A stretch of DNA of 64,000 nt. It comes from the human T2T-CHM13v2.0 reference genome, Homo sapiens. The stretch lies in assembly GCF_009914755.1 (NCBI RefSeq), contig NC_060927.1. The stretch is one strand, 5' to 3'. This document shows positions 40,177 to 55,571 of the stretch, in pieces. How positions within the stretch are numbered: the stretch's first letter is position 1; every line of letters begins with the position of its first letter. A program made the position numbers and the translations under genes. The notes beneath the pieces were generated by a model. It was not told the DNA's origin and searched no databases. It saw only the letters and a program-made list of their open reading frames with translations.

Positions 40177-43109
40177 AGACAGCTGTATATTCTAAACATT
40201 AAAGCCACCATTAGGATAGAACTAATTTAGAACAATGTTATATAGTGACTTTCTCATACAGGGAATGCAACAGCCAGTTTTGTTATACCAGGACATTTTT
40301 TATACAGGGGAAAAATCAGGCTTGTGTGTGTATGTGAATATAGAATTTATTTTGTCTTAAAATCTGAGCCCCCGTTTAAAGTTTTTTAAGGGACTAACCA
40401 ACTTTTGCTCTTCACTCTTAATGCTTTTTCTTTTGGAGCCCCTTTCATGGAACCCTGCAGCACTAAACACTTTTATATTTGTAATATATTTAAAAGATAA
40501 AAATGAAAGTGTCTGCTCCTAAATTCATGGGCAAGTCTACTCATCACAAGTGTTGCTGGCCAACAGGGTTAATATTTGCTGACTGGGTAAAAAATGAAAC
40601 AGTATTAAAGATAAAGTCATTTAGGGTTTTACTGAGTATGTAAAGACTCAAAAATGAAAATGTCCGACTAAAAAGCAGAGTGTCCGAACCATAACTTTTG
40701 ATGCCAAAACTCATGCAACTACCTCAGAGGACAGGTGAGCACACCTAAGTGTATAATACCGTCTTCTCCTCTTATGCTACTATCTCTTCCACCCACATGA
40801 GGCTTGATACCAAGAATCACAGGTACATTGCGCATAACCTGTGTTGACAAGTGCTCATTTTAATTGGTTGATGGTCTTGTGGTGGTGAGTGGGTATGGGA
40901 GGAGGGTGGGTCTGGACTAAAGGTATGGAATCAGGCTAGCTCTCACATTCTCACCAGAAATAGGAGTTGACCACAGCAGCTATTGCTTCTCCATCACTGG
41001 GAGAGGTGGTATGTAAGGTGGTTCAGAGAAAGCAACCTGGAAACAGACATCCCTCTAGTGGAATTCCTGTTTGAAGGTTATTACTTGTGTGATCTTGGAC
41101 AAGGGAATGAAGGTCTCTAAGCTTCATTTTACAAGTGAAGACAAATTAAAAACAAACACATTAAGCAATTAGCATAAAGCTTGCATGTAGATAGAGCTCA
41201 TACAGTAAAACAAAAAAAGTTGCTTATTCACATGTTCATAGCACTATTCACTATTTGCATTTGCTCTTATACTTATTTGTGTACTTGATTATTACTTGTC
41301 TCCACCACTAGAATGTAAACCTCATAAGAGCAAGAACCATGGCTTTACACCTTGATGTTGTCCCTCATTTCTCCCCCCAATTATTTGATATGGACAACTG
41401 TTGTTTTCTGGAATGTATGGAAACAGTCTTGAAACCATGGCCTTAAATCCCCCTCTGATCTACTTTTTAAGCCATCATGCTATTGATTTGGCAGAGTATG
41501 GACTTGGCTTACTTTCTACTCTGCTACAACAAACAGACTTTGCCTAGAAATGTCCCATTTTTGTAATTCATTTAAAAAAGATAATTATAATAGTAAGAAA
41601 AGTCATTATTATCAAAGTAAATATCTCATTCTCTTTCTTAAGATGTACACAGTATCAACTTTTACACAAAAGGTTCCGTATACTGTAAGATTTGCAGTAA
41701 GTTGCTGACCCCTGTCCTAAAACTTTCAGGTTGGTTTTGCCCTCCAGCTCAATCAGTTATTCAATAATTTCATCTGTGATTTAGGCAAAAATATGACTTT
41801 CTTCCTAGTGGGAAATAAAGCACTTGAAGGGCTGCAGCCAGAGACCCTGTGCTAGCCTAGGACCAAGTGCAAACTAATGCCATCCATTTAGAGCAAAAGA
41901 AATAGGCAGAGTCCTTCCTCTGTGACCAGTGAATTTTGGATGCACTGCAGTCTTCTGCCTTCATTATTCAGAGTATCTAGAAGTAGATGACACAATGTCA
42001 GATCTTCCACAAGAACCCTTGCCACTATTCCACAGAGTAACTCTCATGATCAAGGTGCCTGGTCCTACTTAAGCTAACAAAAAATTGCTTTCACAAAACA
42101 ATCAACTAATCAAAAATCCTTGGATGTTACAAATCATTTTTCCTCTGCCCTGAGCAATATTTCTATGGGTATTTCTATATAGGATTATCTACAGTTAATA
42201 TTTATAAAGTAAGATTTCATTGGAGTATATTCGCCTCTCAGTATAATCTGATACATATCTTGATTTTTTCTTTTATAATATTGCTCTTTTATTATTCTTG
42301 ATCATTGACATTGCCATATAAATGGTAGAATCAACTTGTAAATTTCTACCAAAATGCCAGTTGGAATTTCTATCAGAATTGCATTGGATCTGGAGATCAA
42401 TTTATGAAGAACTGACTTTTTAAACATAACAACTCTTCTGATCCATGACAAGGTTTATCTCCCCACTAATTTAATTCTTTCATAATTTCTTTTTTTTATT
42501 TTTAAAAGAAATCATCTGATTTGTAAACATACACTCAATTTCTTGATATTTCTTCTTAACTTATGGCCTAAATCTTGATTATTTTGCTTAATTTTAATAC
42601 CTTCCCATAAGAGCAAATTTAGTAAATTAATACACCTTCCAGTTGTTGGCATTTTGAGAGTATTGGCTCAAAGAAAGTGTCAGGAAAATGGGCAAGAACA
42701 CTGCAATCTTGGAAAAGACATGGAGTTATGTAACAAAAACTGGGCTGAGACATGGTTTTATTTCTCACTAGCTGTGTGAGTTTGGGAAAGTCATTTAACC
42801 CATCTGTGCCTCAGTTTCTTAATTAATGACTGACTTGCCTCCCCCACAGCGCAATTGTACAAACCGAGGGAAATGAAAGTTTTAATTTATCCCTGCAGCA
42901 TCCTGATGGCTAAGAAAAAAATTATAATCTAAAGGTTTAGCACACCTAGATGGAAATATGTTTTCTGAGGGAATATCATAAAGAGAGGGAGGGGCTGGGA
43001 TTGCCACCCTTCAGACACCTCTCACCCTCTTGGTCAAGGAGCAGTATCCATTTGTGAAGAAAGGAGGGAGGCCAATTGGGGATGCACAGATACAACCACT
43101 GGGGGAATA

Positions 43110-43410
43110 ACTGTGGGTTGAACAGCTGCATATAGAATTGTAGTTTGACAGGTTTTCCTGCCCATTAGTACTTTGAAGATGTCATCCCATTGTCTTCTGA
43201 CCTCTATAATTGCCACTGAGAGATCTGCTGTCAGTCTGCTTATCCTTCCACGGTAAGTAAATTGTGTTTTCTCCTTGTTGCTTTTAAGATTTTCCTCTTT
43301 GTCTTTGGTGTTCTGAAGTTTCACTATAATGTCACTAAGTACAGATTTATTTTTATTTATTCTCTTCAGGACTCAAGTTTCTTCAATCTGAAGATACATG
43401 TCTTTCTCCA
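43110..43410 (-). mobile_element. L1 ORF1 C-terminal relic
   Basis: ORF 43034-43324(-) KDKEENLKS.KEK.QFTYRG..SRLTADLS.....RRQW.DIFKVL resembles L1 ORF1p. Confidence 0.75.
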
Positions 43411-43419
43411 GGGACATGT

Positions 43420-43940
43420 GGAAAAAAAAAAGATGTTATACAACCATCAAAGTGGCAAAAATAAAAAAAATCAAGTATTGGCAAAGATGTGGGGAAAATT
43501 CTCATAAGCTACTGATGAGAATTTATAAATTATTATGACACCTTTGGGTTGCAATCTGGGGATACTGGCAAAGCAGAAAATTGTACAACCTGTGATCAAG
43601 CAATAATAATTTTAGGCACCCATCCTAGAGAAAACTTGAATTCATAGAAAAAGTAGGTACACGTAAATCTGTTCAAGGAATCATTGTTTGGCATTGAAAA
43701 TAGGAGAGAGATCATGAGAAATTACCAAAATGTCCACCAATAGAATGAGTGAATCACCTGTGGTATATTTATAAATAAAAATATTAAATAGAAGGTAAAA
43801 CAAATCAGACATACACACATTAGATAGATAAATTTAGAGGACAAAATAAGGAACATGAAAAGCAAATAGTAGATGGCAAATGTAATATAATATACTATGC
43901 ATAAATTTTAACAACACACAATATTATATTGCATATTGCC
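43420..43940 (+). mobile_element. Old L1M 3' fragment
   Basis: aagtattggcaaagatgtgggg..., aaatgtccaccaatagaatgagtgaatcacctgtggtatatt. Confidence 0.65.
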
Positions 43941-45266
43941 CAATAAGCAGAAGCCATAAGGTCTCACACTTTTCTTATAATTCAATAGAATAAAAATGAC
44001 AACAAAGTAAAAGGGTATCCCAAAAATAAAACTATCCTTTTGGAAAAAAAAAGATTTAAAATAATTCCTGGTTTGAAGAAATAACAAATTAAAAGCTATA
44101 TATAAACGGTTAACAATATTAGGTGGACATATTTGTTTGAAGAGATAGGTGAAAGATAGTTGAAAAGCCTGGGGGTATATTCAAGGTTATATGTCTTAGA
44201 AAACAAAAATACTTGTTTGGGTTCAGTTTTGGATCTGGGCTTGTTCTTGTGGCTTCTGATGATTTCTGACTTGGGGAAAAATGGGGAAGAGTTGAAATAC
44301 GTCCTTCCACCCAAACCTTTGTTTAGTAATAGGTAGGAAAATGAAGAAGAAAATAGAATGTTGCAGAATGTGGAGGGATGTAAAATGGACAGTACTAGGG
44401 TAGAGGGGAAGTCAGATTAGAGGAAAGAAAGAGCATCAGGAACAGTCTTGTGCTAGGAGCTGGTGTGGCCAAGCACAGTCGGATGCCCAAAGATCCAACA
44501 AGGCCATGGCTCTGTGTCCTTGAGTGGGCACAACCATTCCTAGCCAAGTTTAAGAGGCAAGTAAAAATATAGGGGCAATGTCAGATGAAGTCTTGTTCAG
44601 GGTATGGGGCTAGGATGAGAGAGAATGCCACAGAGTATGAAGGAAGAGTGATAGATCCAGATGAGATACAGCTCAGAGTGCCACGCCCCCAGAAAGAGGA
44701 ATCAGGCAAGTACTGTCCCAAGGCAGCTGGAGGGTGAGGGCTGAGTGCCCTGGCTTCCTCACTTGGGGAGACCATGGGTCTCTGTAGAAATTCCAATATA
44801 AAGGCAGGGAAATTTGACTGCATGGAGTCTTCAGGTAGAAATGTTTCTCTTGCCTAAATTCAGGTGCTAAATAAACAACAAAATGGTAACCTCTACTATG
44901 AAGTGTTTCCAATGATGGGATATCTGAGGCCATTACATTCCTGGGAATAACATGGTGAGGTGCAGGGTGGTGGTGGTGGTGAAACATACGACAGACCACT
45001 GTAAGTGAGAACAAATTACTGGCCCAGCCCAACCCACACCAAATAAGAAATTTAATATCCCTTTGGCCTGTTTTAGATTTTGGCAAAGCCAGGCCCATAG
45101 TGCTTGCTGGGCTCTCTCTTCCACATCATCCAGAAGACACACATTTGCTATGGAATGATTGTGGAGGTGAGAGTATAGTGCATATTAATTCATGCAAAAA
45201 GTTAGATATTAGCCCAGAAATGTTAGTAACAAGAAACTACTGAATTCTCTGTTTGTCTGTTGTGGA

Positions 45267-45272
45267 AATAAA
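45267..45272 (+). terminator. Candidate poly(A) signal of extended, probably non-coding/NMD MOBP transcripts
   Basis: AATAAA hexamer (another at 48387-92). MOBP is recalled to have longer 3'-extended transcripts, but this cannot be verified from sequence alone. Confidence 0.3.
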
Positions 45273-45594
45273 ACCTTCTGGGGATGAATCAAAACTATCT
45301 GACAATTACTTGAAATGGGTGAATAGCTAAATGTAATGTGCCTTGGATATTATAACTAAAAGGTGCTATAATCCAGTTATATTTTTTATCTTTTAAGGAT
45401 TGGTTCTGAGGAGCACTACCAGTAAATATTGCAAAAATTACATAAAGCTCCAAAAGCTACTCTGTGTAAACTTCTTGAGTGGGAATTCTCAACCATAATA
45501 TCTGGAATATGACTGATAATTCTGGATGTTAACTGATTTTATGTTCTGATGTTTTGACTGGTTTTGGGAAAAATTTTGGGAAAAAAGAGTTTTC

Positions 45595-46146
<552 letters not shown>

Positions 46147-46346
46147 TATATATCCATGGCCCTCTGTGAAGCTAGAGTTTACTACTAAAATTTGTGCTCC
46201 ATAAATATACAAAGGCACTAGTAAGAGAAAAAATATAAAGAGAATATAAACTAAATTCAAATTAGGGAGCTCAAATGGAGAAAATTGACAGATAATATTT
46301 TTGAAACTTTGAAAAGTAGTATTTGTCTAGATTCACCTTTTATTAC

Positions 46347-46701
<355 letters not shown>

Positions 46702-49700
46702 TAAGCAAACAGCGTATCTATGTATCATACTGAGTGTTCTGAGCTGTTAGTTTCTTTGGTGTTCATCTAGATGGAAGCTGGGGCTTCCTTCCTTTCAGAT
46801 ATTGGTGCTAACATGAAGCTGACCAAAGAATTGATGGGATCTGCACACTGTAAAGCCGGTTTCAGGATGGCTGAGCTGACGGTCAAGAAAGAAGAGAAGA
46901 TATGAGCCGCCTGCATTTTGGGGTGGTGGCAGTGAAATTTAGACTTGTGATTTGGTATGACAATATATGGCTTTTTGTGATTGTTAACATTAATGAAAAC
47001 AAGAAAAATTAGTTGCTCAAAAGTTGAAAAATGGATTCATAAACTTTTTATTAGAGTAAGGCAAAAGAACATATTAAAATAGAGGTAAATTAGAAATGTC
47101 AATAAGAACCCATGGACATTTTTTATAAGGAGACTTTATCTGTTCTGTCCCTACAGTGATTTATGCTCTTGGATATTTTTGCTGTCATCCTGACAAATTC
47201 TAGTTGGAATATGGAACAAGCTTATTTGTAGACCTAGTGCCTGTGGCTTCTAAAGCAATTTTCTGAAAAGAGAAACCACTGCCTGTTGGAAGAATAGTTG
47301 ATTCCATACCTCAAGCTAGGGAAAAAAAATCAGAATTAGTCTGTGAATTCTAGATGTTGAGAGAAAGCAGGGTTTCATTAGGGCATCGGAGAGTCACAAG
47401 TCCATAGGATGCAAAAAGGAAGATGAAATAAAATTGCCTGAAAAATGCACCTGAATTTCTGGCATTGTTTACTGAAAAGGCTGTGTATTGATGAACCCCA
47501 ATTATGTGAGGTCTACATTTAAGAGTTTATAATCAACAGTTTGAAAATGCAGGGTGTTGTTTCTTTCTATAAGGAGACAAAACAGTCAGAAGGGAGTGTC
47601 ACAGGACATTATCACAAAATCAAAGTTCTCCATGAAATGTGGTTCATTTGCTAGAAAATAATGCAAGCCTATTGGAGAGAATCAGGGCTTCTAGTGATGC
47701 TAGGGATGACCTTAAGCATTGTTTGTAAATCACACTTTTTCCTAGTCTTTCAGCAGCAGCTGCACAGAGTAGGCCTGCTTCTTCCCATGAAAGCCACACT
47801 GAGTTTTATCAACTAGTAGTGTGTGGGCACTATTGCAAGTTATGTTGTGTTGTTTATGGCCATTTATCCAACAGTGCTTTCCTCTGTGCGGGGCTCTGCA
47901 GCCTCGTTCTATGTTATTTTTATTACCACGTGTCTGTGCGCCTCAGGTGGCAAAGCAGAATCAGCTTCTCTACCCTCAGCAGGGCTCACTATGACTCACT
48001 ATAAGGGAAGAAAATCTTACAGATGTCAGAAAATGTTAGGTAAGTGGACAGTGATAAACACAAAACAGCAAGTGGTCAGTATCAAAGAGAAAAACAGTAT
48101 GTTGGTGAAGGAGAAGTATCAAAGCTAGTTAAAAAAGTAACAGGAGAAATGTAAAGGGACAATACTCCACAAAAATTTAGATTGTAACTGAGCTTCTTCT
48201 CCTAAAGAGATTTAAAAATAAAGTATAGGAAATACATGAAGAAACAAAGTAAAATGCCAAGGTGTAAGTTTGACCATGAATATCTAGGGAAAAACATACT
48301 TGCACTAAAACAACCAAATATGCAAAAATCAAGTGGAAAAACAGGTCAAAATAATGCCAGTTGATGTCTGTAAGAACTAAATGTATAATAAAATGAGCAA
48401 AAAAAATGGCCAGTTTAACACCAATTGGTGCCCATAATAACATGTTTATTTGCAAAGTCTGTATTTTACACACACACTATGGTTTACACAAAATTTGAAG
48501 GAAACCAACTAACAACAGGTCTGTCATCAACACAGGTTAGCACAGCACTGAACATGTGCAACTAGGAGGTCAAATCACTTTCCCCGAAGGAGGTGGCAGG
48601 AGGAACCTGGTGTTAGCAAGAAGTGGGCAGCACTGTGGGATGGTCCAGAGGACAGCGTGATGGAAGTGGGAACTGGGTGGGATCAAGCGAGGAACACAGG
48701 AAGCAGGGCTTTGGTGTTGTATACGTGCATAAATCCTGAATGGGTGTGTGAGAGATCAGAGCCCTGCCATGGTCAGTGTTGCCTCGCTGAGTCACTTCGC
48801 TCTTCTCTCGCATGTCACTGGGACAACGCACCCTGGGGCTTAGGAGCTAAAATGGGTTCGCAGCAATCAAGACAGCCTCCTTCTCCAAACAAACTGCTCT
48901 CCTTGCTCATAATATCTATGAAGAAAAGATGAGACCCTTGGAGAGAGGGTGAAAAGGGAGGCTGTCAACATAGGAGCATCTGTCCTTTACTGGCTCTTTA
49001 AATAACTGCAGGTAACTTGTGGGGATTTGGGACATTCTGCTCTGGACACCATTGAAAACCTATTGCCTGGATGTATGTAAAAAATCCTGGATGTATGTAA
49101 AAAATCCAGAAGGTTCTATCTTTAGATCTTCAGTAAACAGGAGTGACAGGGGCCTGGATGAGACAAGAGACTTGTCTTGCCTTTGCAGACAGTGAATGTC
49201 AGCTTGAGGAGAAGAAAAGGGGGACTTCAATGATAATTACTGGGGTGTGTTGGTTTGTTGGCCTCATTGTGAATGCCTGAAAACAACTTAGGGGTATTTT
49301 GAGGAGTTCAAATTCCTCTCTTCACAGGTTGGGGACTTGAAGTCAATTTCTATAGTCACAGGCAGGTGAGTTTATAGTCAAAATCATGTTCCATATACAA
49401 TTCACTCATTCCTGCTACTCACTCTTCTATCTCCCTGGCTTTGCTTCCTTACTCAGATGTCAAGGATTTCTATCATGTAGCTTTTTGATGCTGCTTTACT
49501 TCTTCCTGTCTCTTGCTATCACTATCTGAACCTTATGGCACCCATAAGGTTCCTGGGGACATAAGGTGTCTCTGGGGACAAGGGGATAATGCTGAGGAAA
49601 TGGGAGACAAGGACTCAGGGGAGTAGTCCCTAAAGCACAACAGTTCTGAGAGCGTCCCAACTGGATGGAGCGTACACTTGTTCACAGGCTCCTAAAGGTG

Positions 49701-50454
49701 CTTGACCGCACCAGAGCAAACTCACCATGCAATGGACATCATTGTTAAGTGTTCAGGCACAACCACCAATGCTTCCAATTGTTGTTGTAGAAAAAACTGA
49801 ATTGTTCTCATCCAGTCACTTACCCATCACCACAGATCCTTAAATACCATTTTCCCACTTCCATTGACATGTGTTAAAGATTTACTTTGTTATGTGCTGT
49901 TAGGTATTTTATAAGACAACATGTTATCTTATTTACCCATAATGCAATAATAGCTTACAGATGAGAAAAAAATAAGGTTTAGAGACCTACCTAAAAGTGA
50001 CACAGCTGATGTTCAGAGCACTTGAGATTCTGACACCTATGCAAACTCTACTTCTCATCCCTCATTTCCTAGTAAATCTTGAATTGAAACTGCCTGGTGT
50101 TCCCCTGCAGGGCTGGCAGGTCTTGAGGCGCCCTTCCTAACGGATGAGTGGCTCCTGCTGTTGCTGCCCTCTCCCGCGTGTGAGTGGCCAGGATGCTTCT
50201 ATGTGTTGTCTGGCCAGTGTTGGCCACTTGGTGAGTCACAGAGGCTTGTAGAGAAAGTGGCATAATGCAGCTACTCCACATTTGGACCCTTCAAATCCAG
50301 GCAGAACAAGACCAAATGTCATAGGCCACAGCTTGATGGAATCTCTGAATTGAGCAAAACGCTGGTTCTCAACCTTTTCTGGTCAGGTTTCGGCTTGTGC
50401 TGGATCCTGATTCCCCCCAGATTTACTCCATCATCCTTCTCATTCAGCTTAATA

Positions 50455-50700
50455 AAATGTGGTCACCATTTACTGAGTGTTTACTATGTGCCAGACACTG
50501 AAGCCCTTCAGATGTTTAATTTTGACAACATTTTCAGATATATAGCTTTATTATCTAAATTTTGTAGAAGAAATAAATCAGCTCCAAGCCATTAATAAGT
50601 GGCCCAAGATTTCAAAATTAGTACGAAATGTGGCAGGGATTTGAACCAGCAGCCCGAGTCACTGGCTTTCTTGACTTGCGTATTGACCTGCTGTCCCCTG
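50455..50700 (-). mobile_element. MIR
   Basis: catttactgagtgtttactatgtgccagacactg...gggatttgaacc. Confidence 0.65.
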
Positions 50701-53002
50701 GGGTTCTTGATTTTGCCACCTTGTCTGACTCCAGACATTGAGCACACCTCTTCTTCCTTGTGTCAACTTAATGACTCACAGGCATTGTGGGTTACTCAAT
50801 TTCCAGCTACAGTTTTGTGTTTTTTGAACTGATGATATCATTCAGCCAGACATTTCCTGACTTGGAAGTTTCCTGATCCCATTGGCAACACCACCCAAAT
50901 GTTCTGAGCTTAATCCTTTGGAAAATAAATGGACTCCTTGTTCCCACTGAGACCTACTCCTATGTTGAAACATAGGTTTCAACTCCTATGTTGAAAACCA
51001 GGGCTAACTAATTTCTAAAGCCAGACAGGGCCTAAATTGCTATTTTTTGGGTCAATGTCTATCTATACTATTTCCTACCTGTTAAAAGACCTGTAGAAAT
51101 GCACCTATATAAAATATAGGTTTATTGTTCTTTGTGTCAATGGCATGTATTATTTTGGCTATTCTAGAAAAGAAATTACGTTGGAATTCCAATGTAAACA
51201 TGTTTGTGTGAATCAGTAACCTTCTCTTTCTTTTGTATGTCATAAGAAAGCAACAAATGAGTTGTTAAATGCTAAAATTAAACACCATTTTAGCAAAATT
51301 AAAGACAGATAAGATGTAAGTTTCCAAAAATTAGGGCTGCCAGAAACAATTAAAATAAGCTCAGGAGCTGCTTGGGTGAAGTGAATAGAAAGATGGACTG
51401 TTGGCAGTGGATTTCAGAAATATATTTTCTGTAGAAAAAGAAACACTGTGGTGTCCTCCTGCAGGGCCAGCAGGTCTTAAGGTGCCCTTAGGAGCTGAAG
51501 GATCTGGGAAGACAGTGGAGATTGAGTTGAAACTATGAGGGGGTGGGAGAGAGAAAGCAATGAAAATGCATGGTGAAGAGCAAGCAATGACAAACCTCAG
51601 AAAACACCAAAATGAACATACAAAAAAACTTAAAATAACAAAGATATCCATCACTTGCACACAGACAGTTGGGAAAATCCAACTAATTCAGTGCTGAGAA
51701 AATGAAAGGTAGCTGACCAAGCATCAGTGGAAAGGTATAATTTAAAAAGTCAGCAAAACCTATCAGATGAAGAATACCAGAAAATCTTTGTATCCCAATA
51801 CTTTGCCATGAGTTAAAAAAAAAAGAGAAACCCTTAAGAAATCAATTGCCACTATGAAGGAAGATTACCAAGCAGAAATGAAAGGACCCAAGGCAGGAGA
51901 CAAAATGTGAGCTGTCCAAAACAAACAAAAAATAAAAAGCAATACCTCAGTACAAAGCAACCCAGCAACACCCTCATTTATCTTTTAATTGGTACATTTG
52001 ATCAGTTAATATTTCTAAGAGTTCTGACCAGGGTCAAAACTACCTCAGGCAACCCCAAAGATGGAGGGACGGTAGACCCACTTTAACCCTACCCTTCCCA
52101 CAAGCCTTCTAAAGAAGAAAATATGCAAAAAGTAAACAGACCACAAGCTTCAAAATTTAAAAAGGAGAGAGCTTATATGTTTAATAATAACAGAGCAAAG
52201 GCCAATTACATTTGTTATATTATTAAGTGTAAATGGATTCAATTAACCTATTAAATGAAAAAGATTTTCAAATTGGATCACAAAGCAAACTGTACACAAG
52301 AGAAACATCTAGAGCAGAGTGACTCACAAAGACTAAAAATAAAAGAATGGGCAAAGTGTATCTGAAAAATAACCCCATTCACACGCACACAAAAGACAAG
52401 GAAGGTCACAATCTTAATATCAAACAAGAATATTAGTTAATGCCAAAAACTATGAAATGAGACTAGTGCTCTTTATATAATGCTGGTATGCAATTGATAC
52501 AAAGGTAATGAATATCTGTGCACAAATAACACAACACCAACATTTATTATACAGAAATTACAGGATATGAAAGAAAATAAAGATCAAAATACAGTAGTAC
52601 TAGGCAAAAAAGCAAAGAGGTAGAAGTCTTAATAACAAAAGTAGTAAGATAGATGTGATGGACATTTATGAATCTATTATCCCTGTGAATATAAGTGACA
52701 ATGGTAGATTTGAGAAAATGACCATATATTAGCCCTCAAATAAAACCTTAATAAATTCCACAATGAAAAAAAAAAGAAGGAAACAAAGAAGAAATTAATA
52801 ATAACAATGAAACTCAAAAGGATCTTTTCCCCTGGGTATTAGAAACATCACCATCACCATCACTTCTCTTTAAGCAACTTTTTTTTTTGTTAAAGAGGAA
52901 ATACAAACCAAAATTATAATATTCAGAGAAAATGAAAACACAACAAATCATAAGGAATATAGCTAAGCTGTGTTGAGATGAAAGTTAAAAGCCTTAAGTT
53001 CT

Positions 53003-53385
53003 TGTGTTAGTCTGCTTGTGTTGCTGTAAAGGAATACCTGAGACTGGATAATTTATAAAGAAAAGAGGTTTATTTGGCTCATGGTTGTGCAGGCTGTACA
53101 GGAAGCATAGGGCTGGCATCTGCTTCTGGGAAGGCCTCAGGAAACTTCCAATCATGGCAGAAGGCAAAGGGGAGCCAGGGTATCACTTGGTGAGAGAGGG
53201 AGCAAGAGAGAGATGCCAGATCTTTCAAACCAGATCTAGTGCTAACTCATAGAGTGAGAACTCACTCATTAGTGCAGGAAGGCACCAACCCATTTATGAG
53301 GGGCTCACCCCTGTGGCCCAAACACCTTCCAGGGATCACTTTTCAATATGAGATCTGGAGGGGAGATATCATTCGAACCACACCG
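53003..53385 (-). mobile_element. MST-family solo LTR (ERVL-MaLR)
   Basis: gctgtaaaggaatacctgagactggataatttataaagaaaagaggttt; 5-bp TSD gttct at 52998-53002 and 53386-90. Confidence 0.88.
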
Positions 53386-53784
53386 GTTCTCATATCAATG
53401 AAAAAATAAATAGTGAAAGTACACGAAATAAGCACCCCACTGAAAATGTTAAAAAAAACAGCAAAATAATCCAAAGAAATAAAGAAGAAAAGAAAAATGA
53501 ATATGAAAACAAGTTTATGAAGTAGAAAAGAGAAAACTTAATAAATCTGAAAGTTTATCTCTTATTTTTTTCAAACCCAGATCTTTGATTCCATCTTGCA
53601 AAGTACCACACTGTTCTCTGGAGCAGCCTCTGAGAGAGGCTGTTTCTACTGAGGAAGGAGAAAGTTTGCCACAGCTGTGAGTGGAGGGCACATGTCGGCT
53701 ACCTTAGTGAAGATCCACTGTCTCAGCGTCCAACCTACTAGTCAGAAAAGTCAGTTTAGTGATTGGTGCCCACTCAGCAACTAA

Positions 53785-53897
53785 CTTCCTTCCTTCCTTC
53801 ATTCCTTCCTTCGTTCCTTCCTTCCTCCCTTCCCTCCTTCCTTTCTCCCTCCCTCTCTCCTTTCTTTCTTTTGTTCTTTCTTTCTCGCTCTTTCTTT
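53785..53897. repeat. (CCTT)n / CT-rich simple repeat
   Basis: Direct inspection. Confidence 0.85.
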
Positions 53898-54419
53898 TGT
53901 ACTTATGTAAAAGAAAACTACTAGTTGATATAATAAAAAAAAGAAGAAACAGGTTAATGAAATAAAAACTGATATGAGAAAAATAATGACAAAAACAAAA
54001 AATTAAAACAATCATAACAGACCACTTTTCTCAAATCTGAGGAAAATCTTTGAAAATCTGAGTAAAATGAAAATATTTTTAGAAAAATATAATTTACCAA
54101 AACTGACTCCAGAATAATTAAGAACATAAACACATTATTTTAATAGAATAAATAAAGTCACCAAAGAGCTGCTTCTTTAAGAATTCAGTGAGGCATGATA
54201 GTTTGACCATATGATTCTACCAAACTTTTAAGGAGCAGTAAATTTCAATGTTCTGTAAACTGTTCTAGGGTTTGAAAGATAAAGAAGTCTCTCAAATATT
54301 ATATCTGGAGATATAACATTAATGCTAAAACCTGACAGATCTTGCATAAAATAAAAAGTACATGCAAGTTTCTCCTATGAACAATCACACAAAATAATAC
54401 GGATTAACAATCAGACTCC

Positions 54420-55050
54420 AGCTCCCACATTTTTATCTCCTGCTCAGATCTATTTCCTGGGCTTCAGAGAACCATAAATCCAACCATTCCACAGATATCG
54501 CCAGTCAATCTTCTTCCTAAACAGATGTCATCCCTTTTTCTTCAACCTTGTTCCTCTTGCATTTGCAAGCCAGAAATCTGCAATCCCCTCTCAATTCATA
54601 CAGCTATTCAGTTGCTAAAGCCTCTTGTGTTCCACTTCCTCATCGGTTTCATCTTCTCCCTCACCTGTCTCTGCTCTAGAGCCTCATAATTGTACCCTGA
54701 ATTTCTGCAGTGGACTTTTAATTGGTATTCCTAGCTGCCGTACTTCCTCTTCAATTCTTGCTACAAAAGGTTATCCAAGTGCTCTTTCCAAATTGCAGAT
54801 GCAATCACACCTCTCCTCAGATTGAAATCCTTCATTTAGTCCCCAACCCATTTGGATAAAGTTCAAATCTTTTAGATTTAGCACACAAGGCCCTTCATGG
54901 CTGTACACCTTATTTCTCCAAACCCTTCTGTCAGTGCTATCCAAGGTGCCCTTTTATCCCAGTGATACTAAAACTACCTGTGATTCCCCAAATACATCAT
55001 GTTCTTGGTTATCTCTGCAACTCAGTTCATGCTATTTCCTTCCTCATGGA
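54420..55050 (+). mobile_element. L2 fragment
   Basis: cccacatttttatctcc...; ggataaagttcaaatc...agcacacaaggcccttcatg. Confidence 0.55.
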
Positions 55051-55273
55051 GCAATTTCTTCATCCTTTTTGCTCATAAACCTAAAGTATATTTAAAAAGT
55101 TTATAACCCTGACATTTTAAATAAGTTTAAATAGTTGCAAAGACTATGATACAACATATTGTAAATACTGATATTTTAAAGTAAAACACTTATATCACTC
55201 TTCTATTGTGTTAAATGAAATCTAAATACCATATCAACTTTATAATTCATGAAAAATACATAGATAAGCTATT

Positions 55274-55571
<298 letters not shown>

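Larger units (their letters stand above)
51650..54400 (+). mobile_element. Degraded L1M (ORF2 endonuclease and downstream region)
   Basis: taagtgtaaatggattcaat...cctattaaa...agatt; gattctaccaaacttttaaggagcag; A-rich. Confidence 0.65.

Noticed and set aside
40891-40910. Canonical G-quadruplex motif GGGtatGGGaggaGGGtGGG
   Set aside because: Such motifs are very common genome-wide, and nothing in the context suggests function.
41047-41063. CTCF-like motif (reverse CCACTAGAGGGA)
   Set aside because: Mismatch at the conserved GGC position; a single motif with no supporting evidence.
43034-43324. 96-aa minus-strand ORF with protein-like composition
   Set aside because: An L1 ORF1p relic, not a host gene.
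49066-49106. 20-bp tandem duplication cctggatgtatgtaaaaaat x2 (similar one at ~57519-57578)
   Set aside because: Ordinary slippage duplication with no functional context.
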